DNA of 64,000 bases, taken from assembly GCF_038025025.1 (NCBI RefSeq), contig NW_027117339.1, positions 868,001 to 932,000 of the forward strand. The letters run 5' to 3'. The notes below the pieces were generated by a model, which was given only the letters and a program-made list of their open reading frames with translations, was not told where the DNA came from and searched no databases. Source of the stretch: Phyllosticta citribraziliensis (lineage: Eukaryota). The first letter of the stretch is position 1; every line of letters begins with the position of its first letter. The translations under genes were made by a program, and so were the position numbers. Positions 49,251 through 62,012 of the stretch are shown in pieces.

Positions 49251-52244
49251 ATGGCCGCCAAGGTGGTACCCGCCCAGCTCGCCTTCTTAGCCATCTACTG
49301 TCCCTCCTTGGCCTCTTCCGACGAGACGTTTCGCGACCAGCTTTTGTTTTACTATTCCAAAGCGGCAAAATCGCGAAAAGACGCCAATGGCGACGCTCCC
49401 GAAGCCGACGACGCCGCGCGCAACGATGAGCATATACGGTTGCGCCAGATAGGCCTCGCCCAGGGCATGGTCGACTTTGCCCGGTATGTGCTGCCGTTTC
49501 CGCCTGTCGACATTTGTGACTGACCGCTTGCCAGGAGCTTTTCAAATGGCGAACCCGTCGACCATGTAGATACGGAGAAGTCTCGAATCGTCTTGCACGA
49601 GCTGGAGAATGGCTGGTGGGTGCTGGCGGTACGTTCATCACCCGCTACATCGAGTTCCTCTAACTTTACAAGTCCATCGACCTAACCCGCCTGCCGGCGC
49701 ATTCAACCTCTTCGAAGCCTACCGACTCAGGCTCACCCTCTGCATCGCCCGAACTAGAATACTCGGCGCGCGAGGTCGCGCCTCCACGACTTCTTGTGAC
49801 GCAGATTCTCAGGGCCCACAACGTGTTCCAGCTCCACCATGGGCCTTCTCTGGCCGATCTTTACAAGCGTCTTCCGCGACAAAGGTTTTGCGCGATTTTG
49901 GACAAATTCTGGGCGCGATTCGCTGGTGACTGGGATGTGCTCATGCACGGCAGTCCAGCTACAGACGTTTACAATGGAGTCAAACTGGCCGCTGGTGGTG
50001 AGTTGGGAATGGGCGTAGGAGAAGAAGAATGGGGCAGCGGCGAGAGAGACGTCTTTGAGGATTTCGCTACGCGGACAGACGGACTCGTGGACATGGTCAT
50101 TTCGCGTTTTGGGGAACCGTCCAAGGACTTGCAGAAGTCCGACCCAAAGGCCACTACCAACCTGAGAAAATCGATTGCCACGCAAATACCAGAACCGTGG
50201 ATGGGAGCAGGGATGGATCCCGAAGCTGGCGATGGAGTCATATTTTCTGGCATGGGAGCCATCTCGCGCTGCTCCCTGCGGGATTTGACAAACTGGATGC
50301 AATGGATATACACGTACGGAGAGCACGCCTATGGCGTAAAGGAGAATCCAACATCAGGTCGGCAAAGACGGAGACGGCCGCCGCGCGCTGCGAGGAAAGC
50401 CGAGCGCTCGGATAAACACCAACGTGCAGTCTCGCAAGATAGTGGACGAAGAGCCCCAGCCAGGACAGCAAGCTCATTGCCACCGGGAATCCCGCGACCA
50501 ATTGTCACGGCTGTGGAGCAATCACTAGACCAAGCATCCGAAGCTGCTCAAACAACTCGACGGGAAGACGACGCAGAAACCGACCAACAGGCGCCAGACA
50601 AGGATAAGGATACGTGGATGAAGTATCTGACTTTAGGTTACGGCTCGAACTGGAATGGAAAGAAATCCAGGTCACAGCATCAGCGGTCCCAAAGCACACA
50701 CGCGCGTCCGCATGGCGACTCGGAGAAGCGCAACAAAACGGAGGTCCAGCCAAACACTCCACCCTCTCGCGAAATGAAAGACAATCGCATTTCAGAGCAT
50801 ATCAAACGAGAGAACGGTGGGCACTTCTTGATCGGCTTACAGAGTAATCTGGATGAGGACACCGTTGGTGGCGAAGCAGCCAGCGACGCTCCAGCAGGGA
50901 GTGGGGACTGGGAAAGCAGAATGTTGATCAGGACGGTCCATGTCGAGGTGAAGCATGATAAAAAAGACTTCGATCGAAGAGCGTCGGAAGCAACCGTAAT
51001 ACCGGGGAAGTGGGAATTCCAAAAGCTGCGGGTAATAGTCTACGTCGTGAGTTCCCCAGAATCCACCACAGACCGTCACTAGCTGATCAATTCCATAGCA
51101 CCGCCCATTCATCACGACTTTACTTTTCGCGCCTCGCACCGACGCCCTCTCATATCCCGCATTCTACCGCCACCTCCACAGCTACCTAGCACCACTCCAT
51201 AAACCCCTTTCCCTTAGTACGGCCCCTGCCCGCGTCGCGGCCCGTATTGCTGCCTCTTCATATCCATATACCGCAGCGGCTAGCAACTCGAATCAGCCCA
51301 TCTACGATCTCGTGTACGACCCTCTCCGGATGACGATTCATAGCAGCATCCCAAATATTCCACAGCCAGGAACATTCAGCGCAGAGGGTCTCTCGCCGGC
51401 GCGTCTCCGCGGCGGTGGCAGCAGTCCCTGGACTCGTATTGAAGCGCTCAACGTGCACGCGCAGATTTTGGCGACACTTGCTGGCACAAGACGCTCCCCG
51501 CATGAGATTGAGCGCACGGCCAAAACAAGCCGTGGGTGGTGGCTCGTATGGATGCGTCTGCCACCGTCAGAGGACACTTCGACAGATGATGGTCTTCCAC
51601 CAGCTTCCTCAACCCAAGTGTCGCCTGAGGCTTCCCCTTGGCTTGCGCCAGCATCTGACGAAACTGTTGCTAGCATGGTTGATCGCTCGCCCTCGAGTGC
51701 TGGTGTGTCGGGCAACGAGATCACAGGCGAAGATCACCCCGCAAGCTCGACAGATGCCGTACGAGATGTTCCTCTTCCCTCGAAATCTTCTTCGACTCCA
51801 TTAAGATCGATCTCATCTCCGGTTGCCTCTCCCTCCCCTCCTGCATCGGTCTCATCTGCTTCTTCGCCCAGCTCCGACTCGACCGATGCTTCCACCATTA
51901 AGCGGCCCAGCGTGATCCACGAAGAGTCCGGGCCCGTCCTTCCCACGGCCACGCTGCGCGAGGCCATTCTAATCCGTCGCTCGCGCGACGCTCCCGGCGG
52001 CAGTGGTCACCGGCGTGGAGTCAGCGGGGCAGGTGATGGTGGAAGCGGCAGCGGGAGTCTCTGGCCATGGGGATTTGGCGGCAGCAGTGCAAGCAGCGGG
52101 AATGGTCGCGGCGGCGACGGCGCTGGGGGCGAGATCAACGACGCAGCCGCAGGAACAACAGGATGGGGTGCCCGGGGGTTGGTCGAAGGGGTTGGCGTTG
52201 ACGCACGAAAATACGTCGAGGGGTTGTTGAGTCTGAATAGATAG
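49251..52244 (+). CDS. CCZ1: Vacuolar fusion protein Ccz1 (Mon1-Ccz1 Ypt7/Rab7 GEF subunit)
   Basis: Exons 49251-49483, 49535-49628, 49673-51046, 51099-52244; VPAQLAFLAIY, LRQIGLAQGMVDFAR, TEKSRIVLHELENGWWVLASIDLT, GMGVGEEEWGSGERDVFE, KYVEGLLSLNR. Confidence 0.88.
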
Positions 52245-53240
52245 GGGGAATCGGGGCACAGGCGCTCCTCGTCGAGCCTGCGCCTCTCTTGCATCCTCGG
52301 ATTCGTAGCATCATTACCTAATTACCGTCCTCTTCAACCTGGGAAATACAACATGGTATCGCATTGCTTCTTTCCAGCCGCGGAGACGGCCGGCCAACTG
52401 CATCGTAGTATCAATTGACGGACGGATGCTTCGCTACGCAGCTGTCTGACGGGTGCAACCGCAGCTGTACAACGCTCTTATCTCTGGTTCCGCTCAGCCA
52501 ACCAAGCCAAGGACGGCCTGTTGCTGATACAGAGTGAAGCTGCTCCTGCGCCAACTGGTGAGCTGGAGCAGACGTCGGGAAATACAAGCTGCTGTAATAG
52601 TACATGTATCATGAACATGTGGCAAAGCTCGCCTCTAGAGAAACAGGAGAGTTGAGTGAGGCAACAGAAGAGCCTCTCTTGTAAATATGTATGTACATAC
52701 GAAGAAGAAGAAAAAGAAAAAAATGGGGAAAGGACTGAAACAGTGCAACTCTGGTCAAGCTAACCTTATGCGCAACACATACATATTTGTTCAAGGCCAC
52801 AACTATGTACCAAGTTCTCACACACAGAGCTGGAAAGCGAAAGTCTGGAGTGTCTGAACAAACTTCTACTTGACGCTTCTACCTCAAGAGTGACCAAGGG
52901 GCGCCTGTTCCGTTCGGAATCAAGGCTCGTTCCAAACTCCCTCTTCCTCCACAGCCCTGTTCGCCATCAAGTCGTCCACCTTGCAGCGCAATCGGGGAGA
53001 ATGCTCACGAGCGCGCTAGCGTCCTTCTCCAACCATTAAGTGCACATGGCGCACAACCAAAATAACTACCAGTTGAACTAGCTAGTAATAAGGCGAATAA
53101 GCACCAAGCAAGCAAGGAAACAAGCTCTTCGCCTCCTACATACCTACCAACCCACACCACTCGACACCCAAACGCATCTATGTATTAGCCAGAATGTACA
53201 CAGCTTCTCCCTCCCTACATCGCAAACCGGCTACCTACCT

Positions 53241-53728
53241 AGCCAGCCAGCCAGCCAGCCAGCCAGCCAGACACATCACCAGACCCACCCTACCTTACCC
53301 CACCCAGCCCTGCCCTACCATACCTATGCCATCGCCTTTCGCCTGCCTGCCTGCCTGCCTGCCTGCCTGCCAGCCAGCAGCTTCGCGCCGCAGCACCATC
53401 AGATTGGCGCGATACGCGACCACCTACCTCTCTGACATGCATGGCAATAACCAGTAACCACCCAACGAACGAGCGACCTACCTACAGCTAGCTCGGAAGA
53501 GCTAGACTAGCCGCAGTTGAAAGCCTGCATGGTGGTGGTGGTGGTGGTGGTGGTGGCCACCAGCCTACCAACCAGCCTACCTACATACTGTCCCAACCTA
53601 CCATACATGGCGCCTACAGACGTACCTCGTGCCCTCTGACCTGAAAGGATGCATGCAAGCCCCGTAGTGGCTAATGGCTAATGTACTAAGCATTATTGCC
53701 AAGGAGCAAGCAAGCAAGCAAGCAAGCA
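53241..53728. repeat. Microsatellite cluster: (CCAG)n, (GCCT)n, (GGT)n, (GCAA)n
   Basis: Four separate arrays at ~53241, 53341, 53531, 53705. Confidence 0.9.
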
Positions 53729-54481
53729 GCGTGCTGGCCAGTAGCCGGCGCGGCGGATCTCGCTGCTCGCTGGTTTATGATGTACTCGGATGATGGAAGG
53801 TGGTGTGGTGGTGGTCGCATGTGGTGTGATGGCGCCCCGCAATCTGCCATGGCAGAGACGAAAACGCGTCCGACACCGGCGAGGCGAGGCGTCGCGAGAT
53901 GGAAAGCTGCCCCTCTGGCGTGAAGCACGCGACTCACTTGCGGGGTGGAAGCGAATGTGTTGATTATTGATGGATGACAGTCTGGTGGTGTGTGTGGTGG
54001 TGGTGGCTGTCAACGCCTAGGTAGGGAGGGAGGGAGAGACAAGCAAGCGAGCAAGCCGACCGACCGGGAAGCAGGGAGAGCGAGTGACAGGGGGATCGCT
54101 ATGTTGAGGTTGTACGTGCAGGGTTGAGCGGGCGGCAAGGGCCGGCGTCCCTGGGGGTCTTTCTCGATGCTTGGTTTTTCGACTAACTTTGTAAATTTCT
54201 AGAATCTGCAGATTTGGATTTCAATCTATTGTACTCCGAGCAGCAAAGAAATGCACGACAGATTACACAGGGCTCATTCAAGCATGATAGCCAGCTCATG
54301 AGCACTTCAAGCGAGCGGCGGGGTAGTGGTGGTGATGGTGTAAACGAGCGGACAACCATAGCACCGGTACTTCAAACACAAGGAAAAGATTTGAAAAAGC
54401 CATATGCCAACTTTCTTTCTGATTCCACTTTGAGACGCGCCTATCTCCCGAAATCAATCACTCATGTCAATTCAGTTGGTT

Positions 54482-55373
54482 TCAGCGAGCAGTCGGCATG
54501 GTTTTGGGGCCGAAGACGTCGTCAAGCAGGCCGTTCCAGAACTGCTTGAAGCCGGCGACCTCGGCGTTGGAAGAAGGGGCACGGGGTTTGAGCGACGACT
54601 CGGAGATGCCGTGGAAGTCGATGGAAGAGTTGTCCGTAACGTCGGACAGGGCGGACGGCGGGTGGAAGTAGGTCGTGTCGGCCGAGACGGTGCTGATGAT
54701 GGGGCGCATGGGGGCAGGCTGGCGAGAGGGGTTGCTCGTCAGCCGTTTGGGGACTCGTTTCAGGGGGTGCAATTGATAAACTCACCTCTGGCGTCTCGGT
54801 CTCGAGCACTTGGGCCCGGGGTGAGCTGAAGTTGACTTGGGGGAGCAGCGGGACGCGCACGGGAAAGGCAGAGGGGCTGTCAACGGCAACGGACTCGGGG
54901 AGATAGGCAAAGTCGATGGTGGAGCTGTCGTTCACGGCCTTGAGGACACGGCTGGTGTTGAAGTGGCGGGTAGGCTGGGCAGGGGCGGCGTCAACAGCAG
55001 ACGGAATAGGACGTTTCCTGTCCTTCTCGATGGCGGTGCTGAAGCCGCGAGCATGCAAGTCGGTGGTCAAACGGTCGGTAAGCTACGGAAACGGCAACCA
55101 CGGTTAGCTGTTTTCTAGACAAGTTGATGCTCGGCAGACGTCAAAACAAACCTCAGCCAAAGAGCCGGCCGTGGGCAGATTCCTGCGGGCGCATTCGGCT
55201 CGAAGACCTGCCACGTCGTTTGGAATGTTGACCTTGGGGCGCTCCGACGATGCGAGCAGCGGCGAAGCGTACTCGGCAGGGCCGGTCAAATGCAAACGGC
55301 GGACCCAGACCTGCCTGCCATGGGACGACAGGTACTTGAGGGACCGCATGGAGGAGGCTCTGCTGGCGGACAT
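54482..55373 (-). CDS. Conserved fungal protein with SAP-like motif, probably mitochondrial
   Basis: Exons 55373-55152, 55082-54786, 54718-54482; Arg/Ser-rich presequence, LRAECARRNLPTAGSLAELTDRL (SAP-like), SSTIDFAYLP, RVPLLP, FWNGLLDDVFG. Confidence 0.78.
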
Positions 55374-56523
55374 GATGTTGGTGGGTTCAATTGAAGTGTT
55401 GGGAAGCGAGTATGTGTAGATGGATGGAGATGATGCAGCAGCGGAGGCGGGAAAGTGAGGTGGGCCAAGCAGGGGAACAGAGCGAGAGGATGCGGGCCAA
55501 GAGAGGAGAGATGGAAACGGATGGCCGCGGGGGGGAGGGAGGCAGGCAGGCTTATGAAGGTTTCACGGGAGCATTCCAGACGATAAGGTAAGACGCGTGA
55601 GAGCTGATCAGTCCGAGCTGGCCCGTTGTTGAGCGGAGGGCCAGCGGTCAGTGTCAGGGCCCGGGTCACGACTCAGTAGTCGGTCTCCGAAGCCCGCCTG
55701 GAATCATCATCTCACCACCACGACCACCGCACCCGACATTCACCTGGCACGTCGGCTCCCCGCCGGTGGCCTGCTAACCTGAGTTATAAGAAACGGCCGT
55801 CCTAGCAACGGCGCCGTCGCCGTCGCCATCCAGCTCCCCGTCCCTGGGATGCCTCGCCCACGTGAGTGAGCCTTGGCTCTTCCCGGCCGTCGCTTGCGGG
55901 CGCCGCCATGGCTTCACCCTGTGGTCCAGAGGGAGTCCAGAGGGAGACCAGAGGGAGACCAGGAGGCCGTCACGGTGCATGCGGCTGCTCCCTCTCTGCC
56001 CTCTCTGCCCTCACTCACCACCACACTGCCGTCTTGGGAAGTCGACGCCGTCTCATCGCCCTCCTCCCTGTCGTCGTGCTGCACCCCACCGCCATGTGTA
56101 CCTGTAAGGTCTACGCCCTATGCCACACCAGGACAACGCACCGATGCACCTTCAACGCCCCGCTGCTGAAGCTGCCCTCACTGGCGATGGGCCTGGACGC
56201 GCTGATGTTGCTGTCGCTCGCTCTTCTCTGCTTCTCTGCTTCTCTGCTCCTCCTTTCTTCTCTTCTCTGTCCACACTCGCCTTGTCACCAAGCCAGCCTT
56301 GCCGCTTGCATTTCTCTCGCGTTACGCAACTCGCACCTCTGCTTGACCGCCTTCCCAATCCGCTGCTGTTGTGCAAAACATTGCCAAAAACATCACAGCC
56401 TTCTTGTCCACAAAGCGTTTCTCTTACTTTGTTTCTTCGTCCCTTTCCCCAGCTATTTGAACAACTTGTTCTCCAGGTCTGCTTTGCTGCATTGCACCTC
56501 GAGACTCCACTTCCATAGCCAAA

Positions 56524-58158
56524 ATGCATCTTCGCTCTCTAGTTGGCGCTTTGGCATGCATAGTGTCGCCAGTCGTTACAGCCTTCTACCCGTACCATCC
56601 TACCCTAGCCACCGCTGCCCACCCGGATCCTGCTCACGCCAACTCCAACCCACAACCGGCTCGGTCCCTTAGCTTCTACATCCACCGCCAACCCATCAGA
56701 CGCGCCAACCAGTACAAGGTCGTCAGCTCAACCGACCCGACCCACCCTGACAGCGCCGCCTTGGATCAGGATGGCTCCGATCTGACCTACTTTGCCGCTG
56801 TCAAGTTTGGGGACGACGCCACGGAATATTATTTGCTCGCCGACACGGCCGCCTCCAACACGTGGGTCATGGGAGCTGATTGCTCCACTACCGCTTGCCA
56901 AAAGCACAACACCCTGGGTAGTGCCGGTTCAAGTACGCTTGACGTGAGTTATATTCCTATTTGCCTCTGCCGCTCCTCCACCAATGTTCCGGTCCCGTGC
57001 ATAAGGCATGAGTATGAGTGGTCACGAGCTGCAGCTAAAACTTTCCAGGACAAATCGGGGACATTCTCCATCGCCTATGGGAGCGGTCAGGTTAATGGGA
57101 CCCTGGCAGAAGATGACGTCCAAATCGCCGGTTTCAAAGTTTCCATGACTTTCGGCCTGGCTGGATACACGTCGACCGATTTCGAATCGTTTCCCATTGA
57201 CGGCGTCTTGGGTCTCGGCCGCGCAGACAAGACGACTTCGTCCGTGACCGAAGGCACCATTGTCGACGCCCTCTCCAAAGCCTCTCTTATTGACGCCAAG
57301 GTTTTTGGTATGCACCTGTCGCGGAACGCCGACGCGCAAGATGGAGAGCTCAACTTTGGCGCCCCGAATCCTGCTCGCTACGATGGCGAGCTCGCCTGGA
57401 CCAATGCGATCGACAACGACCGCGGCTTCTGGGAGATTCCAATTGACGATGCAACCGTTGATGGTAGCTCGGCCGGGCTGTCTGGTCGCACCGCAATCAT
57501 CGACTCTGGCACTTCGTATATTCTTGTGCCAGCCGACGACGCGGCCGCTATACACGATCTTGTCCCGCAGTCTTCCAAAAATGGTGAGGTGTACACGATC
57601 CCGTGCAGCACAACGCAAAGCTTGCAGTTCTCCTTCAACAACATTGCTTACGACATTTCGTCCCGCGACTGGGTCGGCGGCAGCGTCGGAGATGGCATAT
57701 GCCAAAGCAACATCATCGCACGCCAGACTTTTGGAGACAAGCAATGGCTTGTTGGCGACGTCTTTTTGAAGAACGTCTACTCCGTCTATGATCAGGACAA
57801 TGCGCGCGTCGGGTTTGGCGTCAAGTCCCAAACGAGTTCTGTTTCCAGCTCCTCCGCGGCCGAGACCCAGTCCTCAACCTCTGCCGGAACGTCCTCGTCA
57901 ACTGGTTCTTCCTCGGCCGACACGTCGGCTACGAGTGGCTCCGTCTCTGATAGTTCGGTGACGTCGGTTTCGAGTGTCCCACCTATTGTCGTGCCTGGTG
58001 CTTCGACGCCGGGAACCCCAATCGGGAGTCCTGCGGCAACATCAACGCCGGGTTCACTGCCAACCGATTCTGCTGGAAGCAGAGGCTGTGGATCTCACGG
58101 GAGCTGGGCTATGGGTGCCGCCTTTGCCGGAGCAATGGTCGTGGGCGTGGTCGCATAG
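56524..58158 (+). CDS. Secreted, probably GPI-anchored A1 aspartic protease (CtsD-like)
   Basis: Signal peptide, DQDGSDLTYF, LADTAASNTW and IIDSGTS catalytic motifs, DGVLGLG, WLVGDVFLKNVYSVYD, Ser/Thr stalk, hydrophobic C-terminus; probable intron 56944-57048. Confidence 0.92.
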   Translation: MHLRSLVGALACIVSPVVTAFYPYHPTLATAAHPDPAHANSNPQPARSLSFYIHRQPIRRANQYKVVSSTDPTHPDSAALDQDGSDLTYFAAVKFGDDATEYYLLADTAASNTWVMGADCSTTACQKHNTLGSAGSSTLDVSYIPICLCRSSTNVPVPCIRHEYEWSRAAAKTFQDKSGTFSIAYGSGQVNGTLAEDDVQIAGFKVSMTFGLAGYTSTDFESFPIDGVLGLGRADKTTSSVTEGTIVDALSKASLIDAKVFGMHLSRNADAQDGELNFGAPNPARYDGELAWTNAIDNDRGFWEIPIDDATVDGSSAGLSGRTAIIDSGTSYILVPADDAAAIHDLVPQSSKNGEVYTIPCSTTQSLQFSFNNIAYDISSRDWVGGSVGDGICQSNIIARQTFGDKQWLVGDVFLKNVYSVYDQDNARVGFGVKSQTSSVSSSSAAETQSSTSAGTSSSTGSSSADTSATSGSVSDSSVTSVSSVPPIVVPGASTPGTPIGSPAATSTPGSLPTDSAGSRGCGSHGSWAMGAAFAGAMVVGVVA

Positions 58159-59303
58159 TTTGGCGGTGTCATGTAATGCGTTGACGAGGAAGTCACAATT
58201 ACGTGTTCCAAACCAGGCAGGGCGTTCCATGGACCTCGAAAATCGATTGAGGTCTTTGTTGCCTACCAGGCTTCGCTTCTCCATGCTCCACTCGGAAATC
58301 CCCAACGCACGCCTCGCTCGGCTCAGGGCCACCGGGTCTACCTTTTGTTGTCTCTCCATATTTCCATTTACCATCTACTAATGCTAGCGGAGGCGAAAAC
58401 CGGGTCGACAAGCGAGTGTGCTGATGTGGCGTGGGCAGCAAAATGATAAGAGGCAAGCAAGAGACGCCGTGCTCTTATATCATGTGCAGGGATCAGCGAG
58501 CTCAAGCCGCCGACAATCCAAAGACGCCGGGACTTGCCCCGGTGCTCTTGCAAGAGCACAAAGACGGACTGGATGTTCATATGATTAAGGGAGCAACATC
58601 TAGCGAAATCTGGGATAATCAGGGGAGGGAGTGGAACATGTGAGGAAAGCTAGGGTGACGAAGAGGCGACGATATCAGATGATGTGAAGAAGGGCTGTGA
58701 GACACAGTCAAATTTCCAAGAGGAGGCATGTACAGCAAGAGATGGATGAGTGGATGAAAAAGAAGAGTAAGAAAAATGTACATAGAATAAACAAAACATC
58801 AATTTCCAAGTTACGGAGGCACCTCGCAAGCTGTCAACAATGCACATGTCGTGTCAGATAATTTGTTCATCAACGTGGATTCGCTGGTCACACAGTTCCT
58901 GATGATGGGTTGGGTTTCCTGCTTATCGAGTAAGAAAAAGGAATCCCACAAGTTCGATACTTCCGTTGGACTGCTTCTTCGCTCAATCTGTTTAGAGGAA
59001 AAGATCCAAGTCCAAATAGAAAATGCACCAATAAAGCTTCGCCCTCGCTACTACCCGCGCGTAGGTCAACTTTAGCATTCTCCGCCTCCGCCTCCGCGGC
59101 AGATCCGCCCGCCCGCTGCACTTTTCCGCCAATAGATCTTGAGCCAATTCTAGGGACGAAAAAACTCACAAAAAATCCCAGGACTCTTCTTCCGCTACCC
59201 CCAACCACCGCTCCACTCACCATCCAATTCGAAGGCTGCCGACCTCCCAGCCTACCAACCGCACCCGCTTCCACGTCGCCGCCACCCGCCCAGCGCCCTT
59301 CGC

Positions 59304-61024
59304 ATGCAACGCTTGTCCCTCCGCCTCCCGCGGCTGTCGCGTCCGCGCCAACATCAATTCGCGGAGCCAAGCCAGACTTCGCTCTGCCAAGCAGGCACTA
59401 CAACAACACGAGGACCCTGTCGCTTCATTCGGACTGCATGCCGAGCCTCTGCGCCTTCGTATCAAAACGGGAGAGCGCACCAGCGCCCTAGACAAACGCG
59501 TCACGCGCAGCGCGCGTTGTCGACTGCCTCGCCGACCTCATCCTCGACCACTTCTTCCCGGGAACCCACCGCCGCTGTCTCGTCGCTTGTCGCCGCCAAC
59601 CCCTCCCGCCGCTCCTATATTTTCGTTTCTACGACGTCGGATCCCTACCTCAACCTCTCCATTGAAGCGGCGCTGCTCGCGCGCTCGGCGGCGCACACGG
59701 CCATCCTTTTCACATACATCAACCGGCCGTGTGTTGTCATTGGGCGCAACCAGAATCCATGGGTAGAGGTGGACCTGGCGAGGTTACGGCGGCAGCGATC
59801 CCCATCCACAGGCAGAGCAAACGAGGATGAGGCGGCTGGGGAAGCGGCGGCGGCGGGGATACTAGGAGACGTGGACTTGGTCCGGCGGCGGAGCGGTGGC
59901 GGAGCAGTCTTCCACGACGCGGGCAACGTCAACTGGAGCGTCATTAGCCCCAGCAACGACTTCACGCGCGACAAGCACGGCGAGATGGTGGTGCGGGCAT
60001 TGCGAGGGCTGGGAGTGGGCGCCGCGCGCGTCAATGCCAGACACGACATCGTTGTCGACCATTCAAACCCTCAGGGAGCGAGTAGTAAAGGCGACGCGGT
60101 CTCGAATGGTCGTACTCCTCGCAAGGTCTCGGGCAGCGCATACAAGCTGACCAGAGGCCGCGCGCTGCATCACGGCACGTGTCTCCTCGCCTCGCCGCAC
60201 TTGGCTGCTATATCGCAGTATCTGCGGGCGCCGGCGAAGCCGTACATCCGGGCACAGGGCGTCGAGAGTGTGCGGTCGCCTGTTGCTAACGTGGGTGTAG
60301 ACCAAACGGCTTTTGTGGAGGCGGTGCGGCGCGAGTTTAAAGACATGTACAGCCAGGATGCAGAAGGTGCGGAAGATGAAGAGACGGTAGTGATTGAAGT
60401 GGGAGAGGAGCAGTTGCAGGACCCAGAGGTGAAGAAGGGGTATGAGGAAATGAAGGTGCGTCTCTGCCGTCCAACCAATCTGCTCTCCTTCACTGGCATT
60501 TCATGGCCGAGAGCCGTGAACTGCTGCCATGTCGATGTATCAGCCGTCTGGCCTAGTTGACTGACGTGCAACTGCGCAAACACTCAAGACACTCGACTGG
60601 ACATATCTCCAAACGCCGCGCTTCACGCTCTCCGTGCCCCCTGAAAGCGAAAACGACGACGAACCCGCACCACAAACAGAGCCCACAGGCCTATCTCCCT
60701 CGGTACGCCAATCCCAAACCCCATTCACGGCCCCAGCTCCAACCAATCGCTCCCTCTAACACGTCTCAGACCCGCATATTCCTCAACGTCCGGCACGGCG
60801 TGCTCGAAGACGGCAGCACCGTCTCGCTGCCCACAAGCACGGGCCCCGTGACGCTGGCCATGCAACAGGGCCGCGCGCTCCACCAGATTGCAGACTGGCG
60901 GCCGCTCCTGCTCGCCGGTGCGTCTGACGCCGACCAGCGCTCCTCAGCCGTGTCGCCGTCCGACGTCGACGCCGTCGCGGCGTGGTTGGCGCGCATGCTT
61001 CCCGCGGCCAACGTCGCGGCGTGA
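59304..61024 (+). CDS. AIM22: Mitochondrial lipoate-protein ligase A-like (Aim22/Lip3)
   Basis: Exons 59304-60455, 60589-60702, 60770-61024; DPYLNLSIE, CVVIGRNQNPW, VRRRSGGGAVFHDAGN, KVSGSAYKL, ALHHGT, GVESVRSPV, WTYLQTPRF. Confidence 0.9.
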
Positions 61025-62012
61025 TAGGCGATGAAGGTCGGGTTCTGTGCGAGCAACGGCGGCGCTGCTGTTCGTCGGGGCAGGGCACATCGGATCATGA
61101 TGACTGTTTCCTTCGCTTGGGCCACGGGTAGGCGGGTAGATGATAGACGTGTAGGTCTGCCGAACGAGCAGTGGTGAGTGCGGTTTGTCTCGACCGGTGT
61201 TGTTGATCCAAGTCGCCCTGTAATCTCAGAGCGGTAGGGTCTGGCCCGGTCCGGTCCATCCCTCATGTTTCGAGTATGAGTGGGCGCGTCCTGGGTCTCG
61301 AACATGTTCAATGTGCAATACATGGGTACAGAAGCGATTAGGGAGTAAAGTGTCCCGTCATCTTGCGCGCGTCGTGCTCGTCCATAGATTGGTGGGCCTG
61401 GACCGCTTTGTATAATTCTCTCTCCTAACTGTTCACTCGTAATTTTGTGGTGATTCTCGTGCTTGGCAGATGTCGGGAGCTCCTCGAAAGTTGGACAGAG
61501 ATGCCGCAACTGAGCATTCCATGAGCCTTGTTGATGGTATGGCCACTGCAGGAAAGACAAAGGATGAACTGTAAACACGTTGGACTTGGAGCGAAGTGTT
61601 GGCTGTAGGATACAAACGTGCAGCTGACAAAAGGGCAGAGAAGAAGAGAGGAGAGCCGAAGAGAAATCCTACGTGCTAGATTGACTTCCTTTTCCACTGG
61701 AGCTCGCCAGTCGTCATCTTCAGGGGTGGTCATAGAACTCGTCAATTCTCATTCATGTATGCCACTTTGGTCGCAAGAAGACTGCATTCCAAACGTCCAC
61801 TGAGAGAAAAGAGCGAAAACGGGCACGTTCGACTGCCATGCTGAGATATCTCCTGCTTCCCCCTTCTGCCCCCCTGAGGGAGCTCCTTTCGTCAACATCC
61901 CGTGGCTAAATGACCACTATCGGACTGATTGCTCCATGCAACAGCTAGCGCAGCTGTCCACAATCTCATGCACCCGAGAGCCAAAGCGAAAAGACAAAAA
62001 AAATTGAGAAGG

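Noticed and set aside
57022..57831. Long antisense ORFs over real genes (also 10521-11078, 30821-31444, 46205-46879)
   Set aside because: Shadow frames expected from GC-rich codon usage
16638..61024. MCT1, FMT1 and lipoate ligase as a mitochondrial lipoylation cluster
   Set aside because: Spread over 44 kb with many unrelated genes between them
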